The notes under the pieces: generated by a model
What the model was told of the DNA's origin: nothing
The model's database searches: none
The model's input: only the letters and a program-made list of their open reading frames with translations
Made by a program: the position numbers and the translations under genes
Assembly (NCBI GenBank): GCA_020345765.1
Contig: CP070770.1
Location: forward strand, 2,868,612 to 2,932,611
Direction of reading: 5' to 3'
DNA: 64,000 nucleotides
From: Deltaproteobacteria bacterium
GTDB taxonomy: Bacteria > Desulfobacterota > G020345765
Shown here: positions 10,408-19,904 of the stretch, one piece after another
Numbering within the stretch: position 1 is the first letter of the stretch
Layout of the letters: the number at the start of each line of letters is the position of its first letter

Positions 10408-11367
10408 ATGCTTGAGAAGATTGTAAGCGAGATTCGCGGCTACGAGGGGATAACCCGGAAGCAAAGGATATCCGAGGTGGTGGAGACGCTCCGGACGGTA
10501 GCTGATTTTGGCTCCACGGTGCTCGGGCCGGGTGACGACAGTGGGGCGTTGAAGGACGGGGACGGTTATCTCCTACTGGCTGCCGACGGGATCTGGCCCA
10601 AATTTCTGAGAAAGGAGCCTTATGCCGCGGGGAAGGCGGCGGTGGTAGTGGGGGCAAACGATATCTACGCAATGGGAGGCAGACCCCTGGCAATGGTGAA
10701 TGTCGTAGCGGGGGGAGAAAAAGACTGGCTGAAAGAGGTTCTCCGGGGAATGGAGGAGGGATGTCAACGGTTACGGGTTCCCATGGTGGGCGGCCATTTC
10801 CATCCGGAGGCCGACGAGTGCTCCCTTTCGGTAGCAACCCTCGGTCGGGCGACGAATCTGCTGAAAAGCATCTCCGCTGAGGTAGGTGAAGAATTGATCC
10901 TTGCCCTTGACCTACGAGGGAAGCCGGGAGGATCAAGGGCAGTAAAGAGCTGGGACGCCTTTTCCGACACTTCTCCCGGTGAGCTTCGGTACCGTTTGGA
11001 GGCCTTAGTAAGTATTGCGGAAAACAAACTCGCCCGGGCGGCCAAGGATGTCAGTAACCCGGGGATTTTAGGCTCTATTAGCACTCTACTTGAGTCCTCA
11101 AAGAAGGGAGGATATATTGAGATTGAGAGAATTCCTCGGCCAAAAGGAGTTACACTCCGCGAGTGGCTTAAGGTATTCCCAAGTTACGGATTTGTCCTCA
11201 GCGCGAGAAGCCAGGATAGCTCGAGATGTCTTCAGATCTTCCGGGAGCGGGGAGTTGCCGCCGAGGTAGTCGGAACGGTAACCGATGCTCAAAAGATTGA
11301 GTTGAGCTATCAGAGCAAAAAGGCAGTCCTTTTCGATCTTTCCCGGGAGGGAATTATCGGAATATAA
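10408..11367 (+). CDS. AIR-synthase-related (PurM/ThiL/HypE superfamily) protein, sll0787-like
   Basis: 319 aa. It has the PurM-superfamily N-domain motif GPGDDSGALKDGDGYLLLAADGI...GANDIYAMGGRPLAMV. It lies directly downstream of the rSAM-GNAT gene. Confidence 0.7.
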   Translation: MLEKIVSEIRGYEGITRKQRISEVVETLRTVADFGSTVLGPGDDSGALKDGDGYLLLAADGIWPKFLRKEPYAAGKAAVVVGANDIYAMGGRPLAMVNVVAGGEKDWLKEVLRGMEEGCQRLRVPMVGGHFHPEADECSLSVATLGRATNLLKSISAEVGEELILALDLRGKPGGSRAVKSWDAFSDTSPGELRYRLEALVSIAENKLARAAKDVSNPGILGSISTLLESSKKGGYIEIERIPRPKGVTLREWLKVFPSYGFVLSARSQDSSRCLQIFRERGVAAEVVGTVTDAQKIELSYQSKKAVLFDLSREGIIGI

Positions 11368-11526
11368 TCATACCAAATAAATCTGTAGACACCAATGGGC
11401 TTTGAGGATATACTTATATAGTGCAATTAAATAGAAATGATATTATAAATACAGACAGATAGACAAATCATAAGCACTAAATCCTAATCCGCAAAAGGCG
11501 GATTCAAATGATCTAAATTCAAAGTA

Positions 11527-11572
11527 CAAAACCCTGTCCTGAGTTTATCTAAGGGCCCAGGATAAGGTTTTG
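11527..11572. repeat. imperfect 17-bp-arm palindrome carrying the CCTGTCCTGAG repeat motif
   Basis: CAAAACCCTGTCCTGAG (11527-11543) pairs with CCCAGGATAAGGTTTTG (11556-11572). It is intergenic. Confidence 0.5.
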
Positions 11573-11702
11573 AACATTAGATATTGGGATTTGGAATTAG
11601 AATTTTAATAATGATGGATAGAATACTATCCGCAAGTATTTTAGATGATTCAGATAAGTAATACGTGGAGCATATTCCAGGACTAAAGAAGGAGGCTTGA
11701 AG

Positions 11703-13040
11703 ATGGAATATCAGGCCTGGTTCCAGTGTATTGGGGAGTGCGGTGAGAAGCACAGGCTCGACGAAGTTGTCTATAAATGCAACAGCTGCGGTGGATTGCT
11801 TGAGGTCAGACACGATATCAAGATGCTGAAGCAGCAGAAACCTTATTACTGGATGAAGCTTTTTGACGACCGCTATCTCCGCACCGAATGGCCCTACGGA
11901 AGCGGGGTCTGGGGGAAAAAAGAGATAGTCTGCCCGGTGGTAGACAACGATAATGTGGTTTCGTTGTACGAGGGAGGAACAAATCTTTTCTGGGCGGAGC
12001 GCTTGGGCAGTGAGATCGGCCTGGAAGATCTCTGGATCAAGCAGTGCGGAAACAGCCATTCCGGCTCCTTTAAGGATCTGGGGATGACCGTGCTGGTCTC
12101 CATGGTCAAGCAGATACGGGTCACCGGCAATTGGATCCCCGCGGTAGCCTGTGCCTCTACCGGGGATACCTCGGCATCACTGGCCGCTTACTGCTCGGCG
12201 GCCAGCATTCCGGCGATAGTGTTTCTCCCGAAAAACAAGGTCTCCAGTTCCCAGTTGGTCCAACCCATTGCCAATGGTGCCCTGACCATTTCCCTGGACA
12301 CCGACTTCGATGGCTGTATGAAGATAGTCCAAGAGGTCTGCGCCAAGAATAACATTTATCTGGCAAACTCCATGAACTCCCTGCGGATCGAAGGGCAGAA
12401 GACAGTGGGTATTGAGATCGTACAGCAGTTTGACTGGGAAATACCGGATGTCGTGATCATCCCCGGAGGAAACCTGGGAAATGTTACCGCCCTGGGGAAA
12501 GGATTCCTCCTGATGAAGGAACTGGGTATAGTTAATAATCTACCCCGGATCGTTTGTGCCCAATCGGCCCGGGCAAATCCCCTTTATCAGAGCTATCTTA
12601 CCGGTTTTAAAGAATACCATCCGATCAAAGCGAAGAAAACTATCGCCAGCGCGATCCAGATCGGAAATCCGGTAAGTATAAACAAGGCGATAAATATCAT
12701 GAAGAAGTTCGATGGCATTGTTGAGCAGGCAACCGAGGACGAGCTAGCTAACGCGGCCGCCCGGGCCGATCGGACCGGGCTGTTTTGCTGTCCCCACACC
12801 GGGGTTGCCCTGGCCGCTTTGTTTAAGTTGATCGAAGGGAAGGAGATTGGGCCTAAGGAACGGGTAGTGGTAATCTCAACTGCCGATGGGCTGAAGTTCC
12901 CTGACTTCAAGATAAAGTATCACGAGAAAAAACTGAAGGGGGTTGAGTCCCGTTATGCCAACCTGCCGGTGGAAGTCCCGGCAAAATACGATATCGTCAG
13001 GGATACTATTTTTAAAATATTGGATAAGCAGTTACCCTGA
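11703..13040 (+). CDS. thrC: threonine synthase
   Basis: The ORF track starts at TTG 11697. ATG 11703 sits 7 nt after AAGGAGG. It has an N-terminal Zn-ribbon (CIGECGEKH...CNSCGG) and a PLP lysine context ([13 protein letters not shown]). Confidence 0.9.
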   Translation: MEYQAWFQCIGECGEKHRLDEVVYKCNSCGGLLEVRHDIKMLKQQKPYYWMKLFDDRYLRTEWPYGSGVWGKKEIVCPVVDNDNVVSLYEGGTNLFWAERLGSEIGLEDLWIKQCGNSHSGSFKDLGMTVLVSMVKQIRVTGNWIPAVACASTGDTSASLAAYCSAASIPAIVFLPKNKVSSSQLVQPIANGALTISLDTDFDGCMKIVQEVCAKNNIYLANSMNSLRIEGQKTVGIEIVQQFDWEIPDVVIIPGGNLGNVTALGKGFLLMKELGIVNNLPRIVCAQSARANPLYQSYLTGFKEYHPIKAKKTIASAIQIGNPVSINKAINIMKKFDGIVEQATEDELANAAARADRTGLFCCPHTGVALAALFKLIEGKEIGPKERVVVISTADGLKFPDFKIKYHEKKLKGVESRYANLPVEVPAKYDIVRDTIFKILDKQLP

Positions 13041-13069
13041 ATTAAGCATAAAAGAACTGAGGTAATTCA

Positions 13070-14263
13070 ATGAAGAAAAAGGTTAAAAAAAGCTCCCCCG
13101 GGATTTATACCAAAGCGGTTCATTCCGGTGAGGAGAGGAAGAAATATGCCGATTCCCTGATCACTCCGATAGTGCAAACCTCGACCTTCGTCTTCCATAA
13201 TACGAAGGACATCCATGATTACACCTCCAAAAGAAAGACGAGGTTTGAATACGGCCGGTACGGGAATCCGACCCAGAGAGTAGTGGAGATGAAACTGGCG
13301 AAGCTCGAAGGGGCGGAGGACTGCCAGCTTTTCTCCTCGGGGATGATTGCCATTACTACCACCCTGCTGGCTTTGCTCTCCAACGGTCAGCATATTATCA
13401 TCACCGATGATCTCTACAAGAAAACCTTGCAGCTCTGCCGGGATGAGCTACCCCGCTTCGGGATCAGTTGCAGTATTGTCCGGGTCGGGGATTACCAGGA
13501 GTTAAGGCAGGCAATTAATGATCGAACCGCCCTAATCTTTACCGAATCCCCGACTAATCCCTATCTGTATGTGCTGGATCTGAAAAGGCTTACCCAGATT
13601 TCCCGGAAGGCAGGGATAATGCTCCTTCTTGACTCTACCCTTGCTACCCCTTTCAACCAGCGCCCTCTGGAGTTTGGGGCGGATCTGGTCATACACAGTG
13701 CCACCAAATATCTGAGCGGACACAACGATATCCTGGCCGGTGCGGTCCTGGGCTCGAAGAAACTAATCAATGAGATCCGGGCTCTCCACAAAACCATAGG
13801 AGGTATGATTGAACCTCAATGCTGTTATATGCTGCTCCGGGGGCTGAAGACCTTTCCCCTCAGGATGGAGAAGCACAACCGAAGCGCTGAGCAGGTTGCC
13901 ACCTTTCTGGAAGGTCATGCTAAAGTTAAGAGGGTCTATTACCCAGGCCTGAAGACCCATCCTCAACACTGCTTGGCCCGGGAGCAGATGGATGGTTTCG
14001 GAGGGGTAGTAAGTTTCGAGATCAAAGGAGGTCTACGGTCCGCCAACCGATTTCTGAATAAGCTCAGACTCTGCTACATTGCTCCCAGTTTCGGGGGAGT
14101 GGAGACCCTGATCTCCCATCCGGCGAGTATTACCTACTACGATCTTAGCCTAAAAGAAAGGTTGAAGATAGGGATAAAGGATGAGCTGATTAGATTAGCT
14201 GTAGGGATCGAGGATGCCGAAGATATTATTGCCGACCTGGAACAAGCCCTAAAAACCGGTTAG
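13070..14263 (+). CDS. Cys/Met-metabolism PLP enzyme (cystathionine gamma-synthase / beta-lyase family)
   Basis: 397 aa, with the PLP-lysine motif SATKYLSGHNDILAG. The length and flanking motifs are typical of the MetB/MetC/MetZ family. Confidence 0.85.
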   Translation: MKKKVKKSSPGIYTKAVHSGEERKKYADSLITPIVQTSTFVFHNTKDIHDYTSKRKTRFEYGRYGNPTQRVVEMKLAKLEGAEDCQLFSSGMIAITTTLLALLSNGQHIIITDDLYKKTLQLCRDELPRFGISCSIVRVGDYQELRQAINDRTALIFTESPTNPYLYVLDLKRLTQISRKAGIMLLLDSTLATPFNQRPLEFGADLVIHSATKYLSGHNDILAGAVLGSKKLINEIRALHKTIGGMIEPQCCYMLLRGLKTFPLRMEKHNRSAEQVATFLEGHAKVKRVYYPGLKTHPQHCLAREQMDGFGGVVSFEIKGGLRSANRFLNKLRLCYIAPSFGGVETLISHPASITYYDLSLKERLKIGIKDELIRLAVGIEDAEDIIADLEQALKTG

Positions 14264-14314
14264 TACCTGCTCGTGCTCGACTTCCTCGTTCTCCCGAAGG
14301 GATATGGAAGTGCC

Positions 14315-16507
14315 ATGCGAAGGCTATTGATGGTTTCGAACCGGCTGCCGTTCAGCATCGAGAAAAGAAAAGATAGTCTGCAATTCCGCCCCAGCGTCGG
14401 CGGCCTGGCCACCGGGTTAGAATCATTCTATAAATCATACCAGAGCCTATGGGTCGGATGGCCGGGAATTGCGCTGGATAAGATAAAGGAAGAGAGCGAG
14501 GCGATCAAGACAAAGCTGAATTCCGAGTTCAACTGCCACCCGGTATTCCTTACCCAAAGTGATATTGAAAATTACTACTACGGTTTCTGTAACCGGACCA
14601 TCTGGCCCCTTTTCCATTACTTTAACCAATACGTGATTTATGACGAAAGATTATGGAGATCTTATAAGAGAGTCAATGAATTCTATTGTGATGTAGTTAT
14701 GGAGGTGGTAAGGGACGATGATTTAATTTGGATCCATGATTATCACCTAACCTTACTTCCCCGGCTCATCAGGGAGAGAAGGCCTGATGCCACCATCGGC
14801 TTTTTCCTCCATATTCCCTTCCCCTCATACGAGATATTCCGCTTGCTCCCCTGGCGAAAGGAGATACTGGAAGGGCTCTTGGGAGTGGATGTTATCGGCT
14901 TTCATACCTACGATTATGTCCAGCATTTTGTCAATAATGTCCATCGCATATTAGGCTACGAATACAAAATGGGTCGCATTGTTGCCGGGAATTGCGTTGT
15001 GATGCCGGATGCATTTCCCATGGGAATAGATTACCAGCGATTCTCCGAGGCTGCACAGGAACCAGAGGTGCGAAAGGAGATGATCAGGTTTCAAAAAAAA
15101 TTGGGAGAATGTAAGGTTGTTCTTTCGATAGACCGCCTGGACTATTCTAAAGGAATTCCGCAACGTTTAGAGGCCTTTGATACTTTTTTAGAGAGAAATC
15201 CAGAATATCGGGAAAAGGTAGTTATTATCCTGGTGGCAGTGCCTTCCCGCACTCAGGTAGAGCATTACCGGATGCTGAAGAAGCAGGTGGATGAACTTGT
15301 TGGCCGGATTAACGGAAAATATGGAACAATCGGCTGGGTACCGATCTTGTATCTCTATCATGCGGTATCCTTTCCCAGCCTCGCGGCCCTGTACCGGATC
15401 TCCGATGTTGCCTTTCTCACCCCTCTCCGGGATGGGATGAATCTCATCGCCAAGGAGTATATTGCGTCAAAGACCGAGGGGAGAGGGGTCTTGGTATTGA
15501 GCGAGATGGCGGGAGCATCAAGGGAGTTGGGAGAGGCGATCATAGTAAATCCCCAGGACACCGAGGAGTTGGTAGAAGCTTTGGGAAGGGCATTAAAAAT
15601 GTCGGAACAGGAACAGGAGGAACGCAATCGGGCAATGCAAGAGCGCTTGCAGCGATACGATATTGCACGGTGGGTAGAGGAGTTCATTGATCGGTTACTC
15701 TATGCCAAAAAGCTCCAAAGAGAAACAAATGTGAAGATACTGACTTCCAAAACGAATAGCAGGTTGGTCGGCGAATATCGCAAGAGCAAGAAGAGGCTCT
15801 TGCTCTTGGATTATGATGGCACCCTCATTCCCTTTTTTGGGAAACCGGAAGAGGCAAGACCGGATGATGAGCTTCTGAGGCTACTGGAGAAGCTCACGGA
15901 AGACCCGAAAAATCAAGTAGTGCTTATAAGTGGTCGGGACAAGGATACCATGGAGAGATGGTTCGGTAAACTAAAACTGAATTTATTGGCGGAACACGGC
16001 ATATGGATAAAAGAAAAAGGAAAAGAAAAGAAATGGGAGATGATAGAACCTTTAACCGACGAGTGGAAAAAGGATATTCATCCGGTCCTGGAACTGTACA
16101 TGGATAGAACCCCCGGCTCCTTTATCGAGGAGAAGGGTTTTTCCTTGGTCTGGCACTACCGGAAAGCCGATCCCGACTTAGGCACAAAAAGGGCCAGGGA
16201 GTTGATAGAGGTTCTCGAGAATCTTACCGTTAACCTTAATCTGCGGGTTTCGGGTGGGAATAAAGTGGTTGAAATAAGGAGTACCAGGACAGATAAGGGT
16301 CGGGCGGCAATGCGTTGGACTTCACAAAAAAAGTGGGACTTCCTTTTAGCCGCCGGGGATGATTTAACCGACGAGGACCTTTTTGCCGTTATTCCCGAGA
16401 CCGGTTACTCGATAAAAGTCGGCATCAGTCCCTCGAAAGCGAGGCTAAATCTGTATCTCCCGAATGATCTACGCTCGCTCCTGAAAGAATTGATTGGAGG
16501 AGGTTAG
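14315..16507 (+). CDS. bifunctional trehalose-6-phosphate synthase / phosphatase (OtsA-OtsB fusion)
   Basis: The GT20 N-terminal domain shows LLMVSNRLPF, WVGWPG and IWIHDYHL. The C-terminal HAD phosphatase domain shows LLLLDYDGTL. The ORF track uses GTG 14273; ATG 14315 is in frame and more plausible. Confidence 0.85.
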   Translation: MRRLLMVSNRLPFSIEKRKDSLQFRPSVGGLATGLESFYKSYQSLWVGWPGIALDKIKEESEAIKTKLNSEFNCHPVFLTQSDIENYYYGFCNRTIWPLFHYFNQYVIYDERLWRSYKRVNEFYCDVVMEVVRDDDLIWIHDYHLTLLPRLIRERRPDATIGFFLHIPFPSYEIFRLLPWRKEILEGLLGVDVIGFHTYDYVQHFVNNVHRILGYEYKMGRIVAGNCVVMPDAFPMGIDYQRFSEAAQEPEVRKEMIRFQKKLGECKVVLSIDRLDYSKGIPQRLEAFDTFLERNPEYREKVVIILVAVPSRTQVEHYRMLKKQVDELVGRINGKYGTIGWVPILYLYHAVSFPSLAALYRISDVAFLTPLRDGMNLIAKEYIASKTEGRGVLVLSEMAGASRELGEAIIVNPQDTEELVEALGRALKMSEQEQEERNRAMQERLQRYDIARWVEEFIDRLLYAKKLQRETNVKILTSKTNSRLVGEYRKSKKRLLLLDYDGTLIPFFGKPEEARPDDELLRLLEKLTEDPKNQVVLISGRDKDTMERWFGKLKLNLLAEHGIWIKEKGKEKKWEMIEPLTDEWKKDIHPVLELYMDRTPGSFIEEKGFSLVWHYRKADPDLGTKRARELIEVLENLTVNLNLRVSGGNKVVEIRSTRTDKGRAAMRWTSQKKWDFLLAAGDDLTDEDLFAVIPETGYSIKVGISPSKARLNLYLPNDLRSLLKELIGGG

Positions 16508-16511
16508 GATA

Positions 16512-17729
16512 ATGCGAAGTTTAGAAGATTATCGAAAGGTTGTCGGAGACGAGGTTATCGAGGGGATATGCCGACGGGTAAGAAAGCTTTACGGAAAGCA
16601 TATTTTAAACATCAATTCTACCTATCAGGGTGGCGGGGTTGCCGAGATCTTAAACAGTCTCATACCCCTAATGAACGGGATCGGGCTTGATGCGGGTTGG
16701 AGAATACTCCATGGCACCCCGGATTTTTTTACCGTAACCAAGAAGTTCCATAACGCCCTTCAGGGGGAACCAATTAGGTTTACTGATATGAAGAGGCGGC
16801 TCTATATTCAGGCAAACGAAGATTTCTCCACATATACGCACATCGACCATGATTGTGTAATTATCCACGACCCCCAGCCCCTCCCGCTCATAGAATTTTA
16901 CAAAAAAAGGCAGCCGTGGGTTTGGAGGTGCCATATTGACGTATCGAGTCCGAACGAAGAGGCCTGGGAATTCCTTAAACCATTCATCCTTAGATATGAC
17001 TTGGTTATTTTCTCTAACGAGGGATATAAAAAGAAGGATATTCCGGTAGAACAGAGGATCATTTGTCCTGCTATCGATCCTCTCTCCCCCAAGAATATAG
17101 AGATTTCCGAGAGACTGATGGCAAAATATCTCAAAAAATTTGGGGTGGACACGGATAAACCATTGGTAACCCAGATATCGAGGTTTGATAAGTGGAAGGA
17201 CCCGGAGGGAGTGCTGGAAGTATTCAAGCTGGTTAGGGAAAAAGTTGATTGTCGGTTGATTCTGTGCGGTAATATGGCAACGGACGATCCGGAAGGAATG
17301 GAAATCTACGAAAAAACCGCAAAGGAGGCACAATCTCTAATTAAAAATGGGGATGCGATGTTGGTAAGGGAACCTGCCAGTTCTAACTTCATTTTCATTA
17401 ATGCCTTGCAGCGGAAATCCTCCGTTATTATGCAGAAGTCTACCAGGGAAGGCTTTGCTCTCACGGTAACGGAATCGATGTGGAAGGAGACCCCGGTTGT
17501 GGGTTCTAATGTAGGCGGCATCCCGCTACAAATAGAAGACGGGAAAAACGGTTTTTTGGTTGAGCCCTCTGACCTAAAGGGAGCTGCCGATAGGGTGATA
17601 AAGATTTTGCGGGAGCCTAAATTGTCAAAGGAGATGGGCAGACAGGCCAAAGAGACAGTGAAAGAGAAGTTCCTTATAACAAGATTGCTGACCGATTATT
17701 TAGATTTACTTAATATGCTATTAAGATAA
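16512..17729 (+). CDS. GT4 glycosyltransferase, trehalose glycosyl-transferring synthase (TreT)-like
   Basis: ATG 16512 follows GGAGGAGG. The N-terminus LEDYRKVVGDEVIEGI...INSTYQGGGVAEIL and a GT-B C-terminal domain (REGFALTVTESMWKETPVV) resemble TreT-type trehalose synthases. Confidence 0.65.
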   Translation: MRSLEDYRKVVGDEVIEGICRRVRKLYGKHILNINSTYQGGGVAEILNSLIPLMNGIGLDAGWRILHGTPDFFTVTKKFHNALQGEPIRFTDMKRRLYIQANEDFSTYTHIDHDCVIIHDPQPLPLIEFYKKRQPWVWRCHIDVSSPNEEAWEFLKPFILRYDLVIFSNEGYKKKDIPVEQRIICPAIDPLSPKNIEISERLMAKYLKKFGVDTDKPLVTQISRFDKWKDPEGVLEVFKLVREKVDCRLILCGNMATDDPEGMEIYEKTAKEAQSLIKNGDAMLVREPASSNFIFINALQRKSSVIMQKSTREGFALTVTESMWKETPVVGSNVGGIPLQIEDGKNGFLVEPSDLKGAADRVIKILREPKLSKEMGRQAKETVKEKFLITRLLTDYLDLLNMLLR

Positions 17730-18118
17730 AGCTCGTTTTTACCTGAAAGCCATTTGACTTGTTTTTGTATAATTCCGGCATGATACTTATTTCTTGCCAT
17801 TAGCAGACCCACTTAGATTTTCATCTATCATTTTATCTTATCAATGTGTACCCTAGTCTTCTTATAAATTGAATCCCTATTCTTTTGACCCCACCAAAGG
17901 CAGGGCTCAGGACAGGATTCACGCATTATTTGGGTTAAATACCACCTATATATTCCTTTAACGAGATATAAAAGTAGTATTGCCATTATTTTGTTTAAAT
18001 TAATGCCACCCATAGACTGTCTTGTCAAGAAAATAATACAGTTTTACGGTTGTGTTATTTAGGTTTTTTACATTGTATACTGTGAACTTATTAACAGAAG
18101 AAGATAACGGGAGGATAC

Positions 18119-18451
18119 ATGAGAAGCAATCCAGGATGGGGCGGGAAACTCAGGGAATTAAGAAAGATGAGGGGAATGACCCAGGAAGAGCTCGCCGAAA
18201 AGGCAGGCCTTCATTGGAAATTCATCGGGGAGGTGGAAAGAGGCGATTCCGATATAAAACTGGGCAATATTGCCCGGATAGCTAATGGCCTGGGAATGGA
18301 GCTAAATGAATTACTGGAATACTGCTTCCCGAAAGTGGTACGCTCTAGGGAAGAAGAGGAAGTAGTAGGGCTATTAATGAAACTGGTAGGGAACAATGAT
18401 AAAAAGAAGATTCAGAAGTTGAAGATCTTCATAGAAGAGATATTGGAGTAA
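18119..18451 (+). CDS. XRE-family helix-turn-helix protein (paralog 1)
   Basis: 110 aa. The HTH is LRELRKMRGMTQEELAEKAGLHWKFIGEVERGDSDIKLGNIARIANGL. RBS GGGAGG precedes the ATG. Confidence 0.8.
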   Translation: MRSNPGWGGKLRELRKMRGMTQEELAEKAGLHWKFIGEVERGDSDIKLGNIARIANGLGMELNELLEYCFPKVVRSREEEEVVGLLMKLVGNNDKKKIQKLKIFIEEILE

Positions 18452-18565
18452 AGCCATCTAGGATAAAGTTGCGGGGAGGGACTTCGACCCTGTATATTCA
18501 CTTTCCGGGGATAAATGATTATATCTCCCACTGATCCTTTATCCCACTCTGTCTCATATACTAAA

Positions 18566-18587
18566 TGTCTCATCTGTTAATGAGACA
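18566..18587. promoter_or_regulatory. perfect inverted repeat TGTCTCAT-N6-ATGAGACA (candidate UAS/operator)
   Basis: TGTCTCAT is at 18566-18573 and ATGAGACA at 18580-18587. Extra TGTCTCAT half-sites lie at 18550-18557 and 18689-18696 (the latter partnered with ATGAAACA at 18722-18729). Confidence 0.5.
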
Positions 18588-18818
18588 CTATCTTTCTCAC
18601 CAGCATATCCGCAATTATCCTCAGAATAGGCATTAATATTGTAGATTATAGCAATAGTCCAGATCTTACTAGGTTGTAGGGTAGTCCGTGTCTCATTACT
18701 GTATTATTCAAATTTATAAAAATGAAACATGTTACGGTTTTTTATTGTCGGCAGTTTATTTTACTAAATATCTTTATTTTCAATTAGTTAGAAGCATTTG
18801 CTACGGTCAAGGCAGACC

Positions 18819-18834
18819 TGGCATAATCTTTGCT
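18819..18834 (+). promoter_or_regulatory. sigma-54-type promoter TGGCAT-N5-TTGCT
   Basis: GG is at 18820-18821 and GC at 18832-18833, with canonical 12-nt G-to-G spacing. It is preceded at a fixed 25-nt gap by the AT-rich block ATATCTTTATTTTCAATTAGTTAGAA (18768-18793, IHF-site-like). It lies 70 nt upstream of the XRE paralog 2 ATG. Confidence 0.65.
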
Positions 18835-18903
18835 AATAAATATTAAATAGATAGACCAGATCGATAATATTATCATCTCAACAATACTTTACAAGGGGGA
18901 CAT

Positions 18904-19236
18904 ATGAGAAGTAATCCAGGATGGGGCGGGAAAATAAGGGAATTAAGGAAGATGAGGGGACTAACCCAGGAGAAGCTTTCGGAAAAGGCAGACCTTCACT
19001 GGAAGTTCATCGGGGAGGTGGAAAGGGGCGATTCCGATATAAAGCTGGGCAATATTGCCCGAATAGCCAAGGGTTTGGGAATTGAACTAAATGAATTACT
19101 TGAATACTGCTTCCCGAAGACGGCCCGCTCCGAGGAGGAAGAAGAAGTAGCAGGGCTATTAATGAAACTGGTATGGAAAAGGGATAAAAAGAAGATCCAA
19201 AAGTTGAAGATCTTCATAAAAGAAATATTGGAATAA
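18904..19236 (+). CDS. XRE-family helix-turn-helix protein (paralog 2)
   Basis: 110 aa, differing from paralog 1 at 15 of 110 residues by my alignment. Similarity continues past the stop codon (shared GGACTTCGACCC). Confidence 0.8.
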   Translation: MRSNPGWGGKIRELRKMRGLTQEKLSEKADLHWKFIGEVERGDSDIKLGNIARIAKGLGIELNELLEYCFPKTARSEEEEEVAGLLMKLVWKRDKKKIQKLKIFIKEILE

Positions 19237-19277
19237 GTCCGCCAAGAGTAGAGTTGAAATGCGAGTCTGGACTTCGA

Positions 19278-19294
19278 CCCCGCCAAAGGCGGGG
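19278..19294. terminator. GC hairpin CCCCGCC-AAA-GGCGGGG between convergent genes
   Basis: This is a perfect 7-bp stem with a 3-nt loop. It sits between the XRE paralog 2 stop and the hisB stop (19296). There is no clear U-tract. Confidence 0.45.
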
Positions 19295-19295
19295 C

Positions 19296-19886
19296 TTAAG
19301 TTAAGGTCCCCTTGGTGGACATCAGCCCTTTTATTCTCTCATCCAGACTGGTGGCTTGGTCCATGGCCTGGGCAAAGGCCTTGAATATTGCCTCGATGAT
19401 GTGGTGGTAATTACTCCCGTAGGCTAAATTTATGTGGAGATTAGTCCCACTGTGGAGGGAAAAGGCCGAGAAGAAAACCTCGATTAGTTCAACTTCAAAG
19501 TCTCCTACCTTTCCCCGGGGAATCTTTGCGTTATAGACCAGGAAGGCTCTTCCCCCAAAATCAACATTTACCTGGGCAAGCGACTCATCCATGGGCACCG
19601 AGGAAAAACCGTAGCGGGTGATCCCTTTCTTGTCGCTGACAGCTTTTTTGAATGCCTCACCCAGGCAGATGCCTAGGTCTTCGACCGTATGGTGGTAGTC
19701 AACCTCGGTATCTCCCACGGCACTGATCTTCAGGTTAAACAGACCGTGCCGGGCCAGTAATTCCAACATGTGGTCCATAAAAGGGACGGTGGTGGCAATC
19801 TCGTATTTGCCGGTTCCGTCTAGCTTGAGCTCGACAGTAATTTCTGTCTCTTTTGTCTTCCGCTTAATCTGGGCACTTCGCTTCAT
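19296..19886 (-). CDS. hisB: imidazoleglycerol-phosphate dehydratase
   Basis: 196 aa. Motifs [21 protein letters not shown] and HHTVEDLGI are typical of IGPD. Confidence 0.9.
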   Translation of the reverse strand: MKRSAQIKRKTKETEITVELKLDGTGKYEIATTVPFMDHMLELLARHGLFNLKISAVGDTEVDYHHTVEDLGICLGEAFKKAVSDKKGITRYGFSSVPMDESLAQVNVDFGGRAFLVYNAKIPRGKVGDFEVELIEVFFSAFSLHSGTNLHINLAYGSNYHHIIEAIFKAFAQAMDQATSLDERIKGLMSTKGTLT

Positions 19887-19904
19887 TTGTATTTTCCTCT
19901 CATT

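Noticed and set aside
10355-10936. 193-aa proline-rich minus-strand ORF
   Set aside because: It is antisense to the AIR-synthase-like gene, which has the PurM-superfamily motif. The composition (P/S/R-rich) is typical of an antisense frame in GC-rich coding DNA.
11368-11696. SAM or other riboswitch in the 329-nt leader of thrC and the metB-family gene
   Set aside because: I could not find SAM-I/SAM-II, lysine or glycine riboswitch core motifs. The structured parts are explained by the repeat-family hairpins. A covariance-model scan would be needed to exclude this fully.
17785-17812. Fourth sigma-54 promoter (CGGCATGATACTTATTTCTTGCC) upstream of XRE paralog 1
   Set aside because: The GG-to-GC spacing does not fit the -24/-12 geometry. 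The base at the -12 position is TTAT, not TTGC. The conserved AT-rich block and the TGTCTCAT palindromes are absent.
17828-18028. 66-aa minus-strand ORF in the treT-XRE intergenic region
   Set aside because: It has no RBS and no motif. It spans a REP-like hairpin (17890-17916). It is probably non-coding.
18082-18099. LexA/SOS-box-like CTGT-N10-ACAG just upstream of XRE paralog 1
   Set aside because: The spacing is N10 rather than the N8 of the gamma-proteobacterial SOS box, and the flanks do not match. It may be an autoregulatory operator, but the evidence is a 4-bp inverted repeat only.
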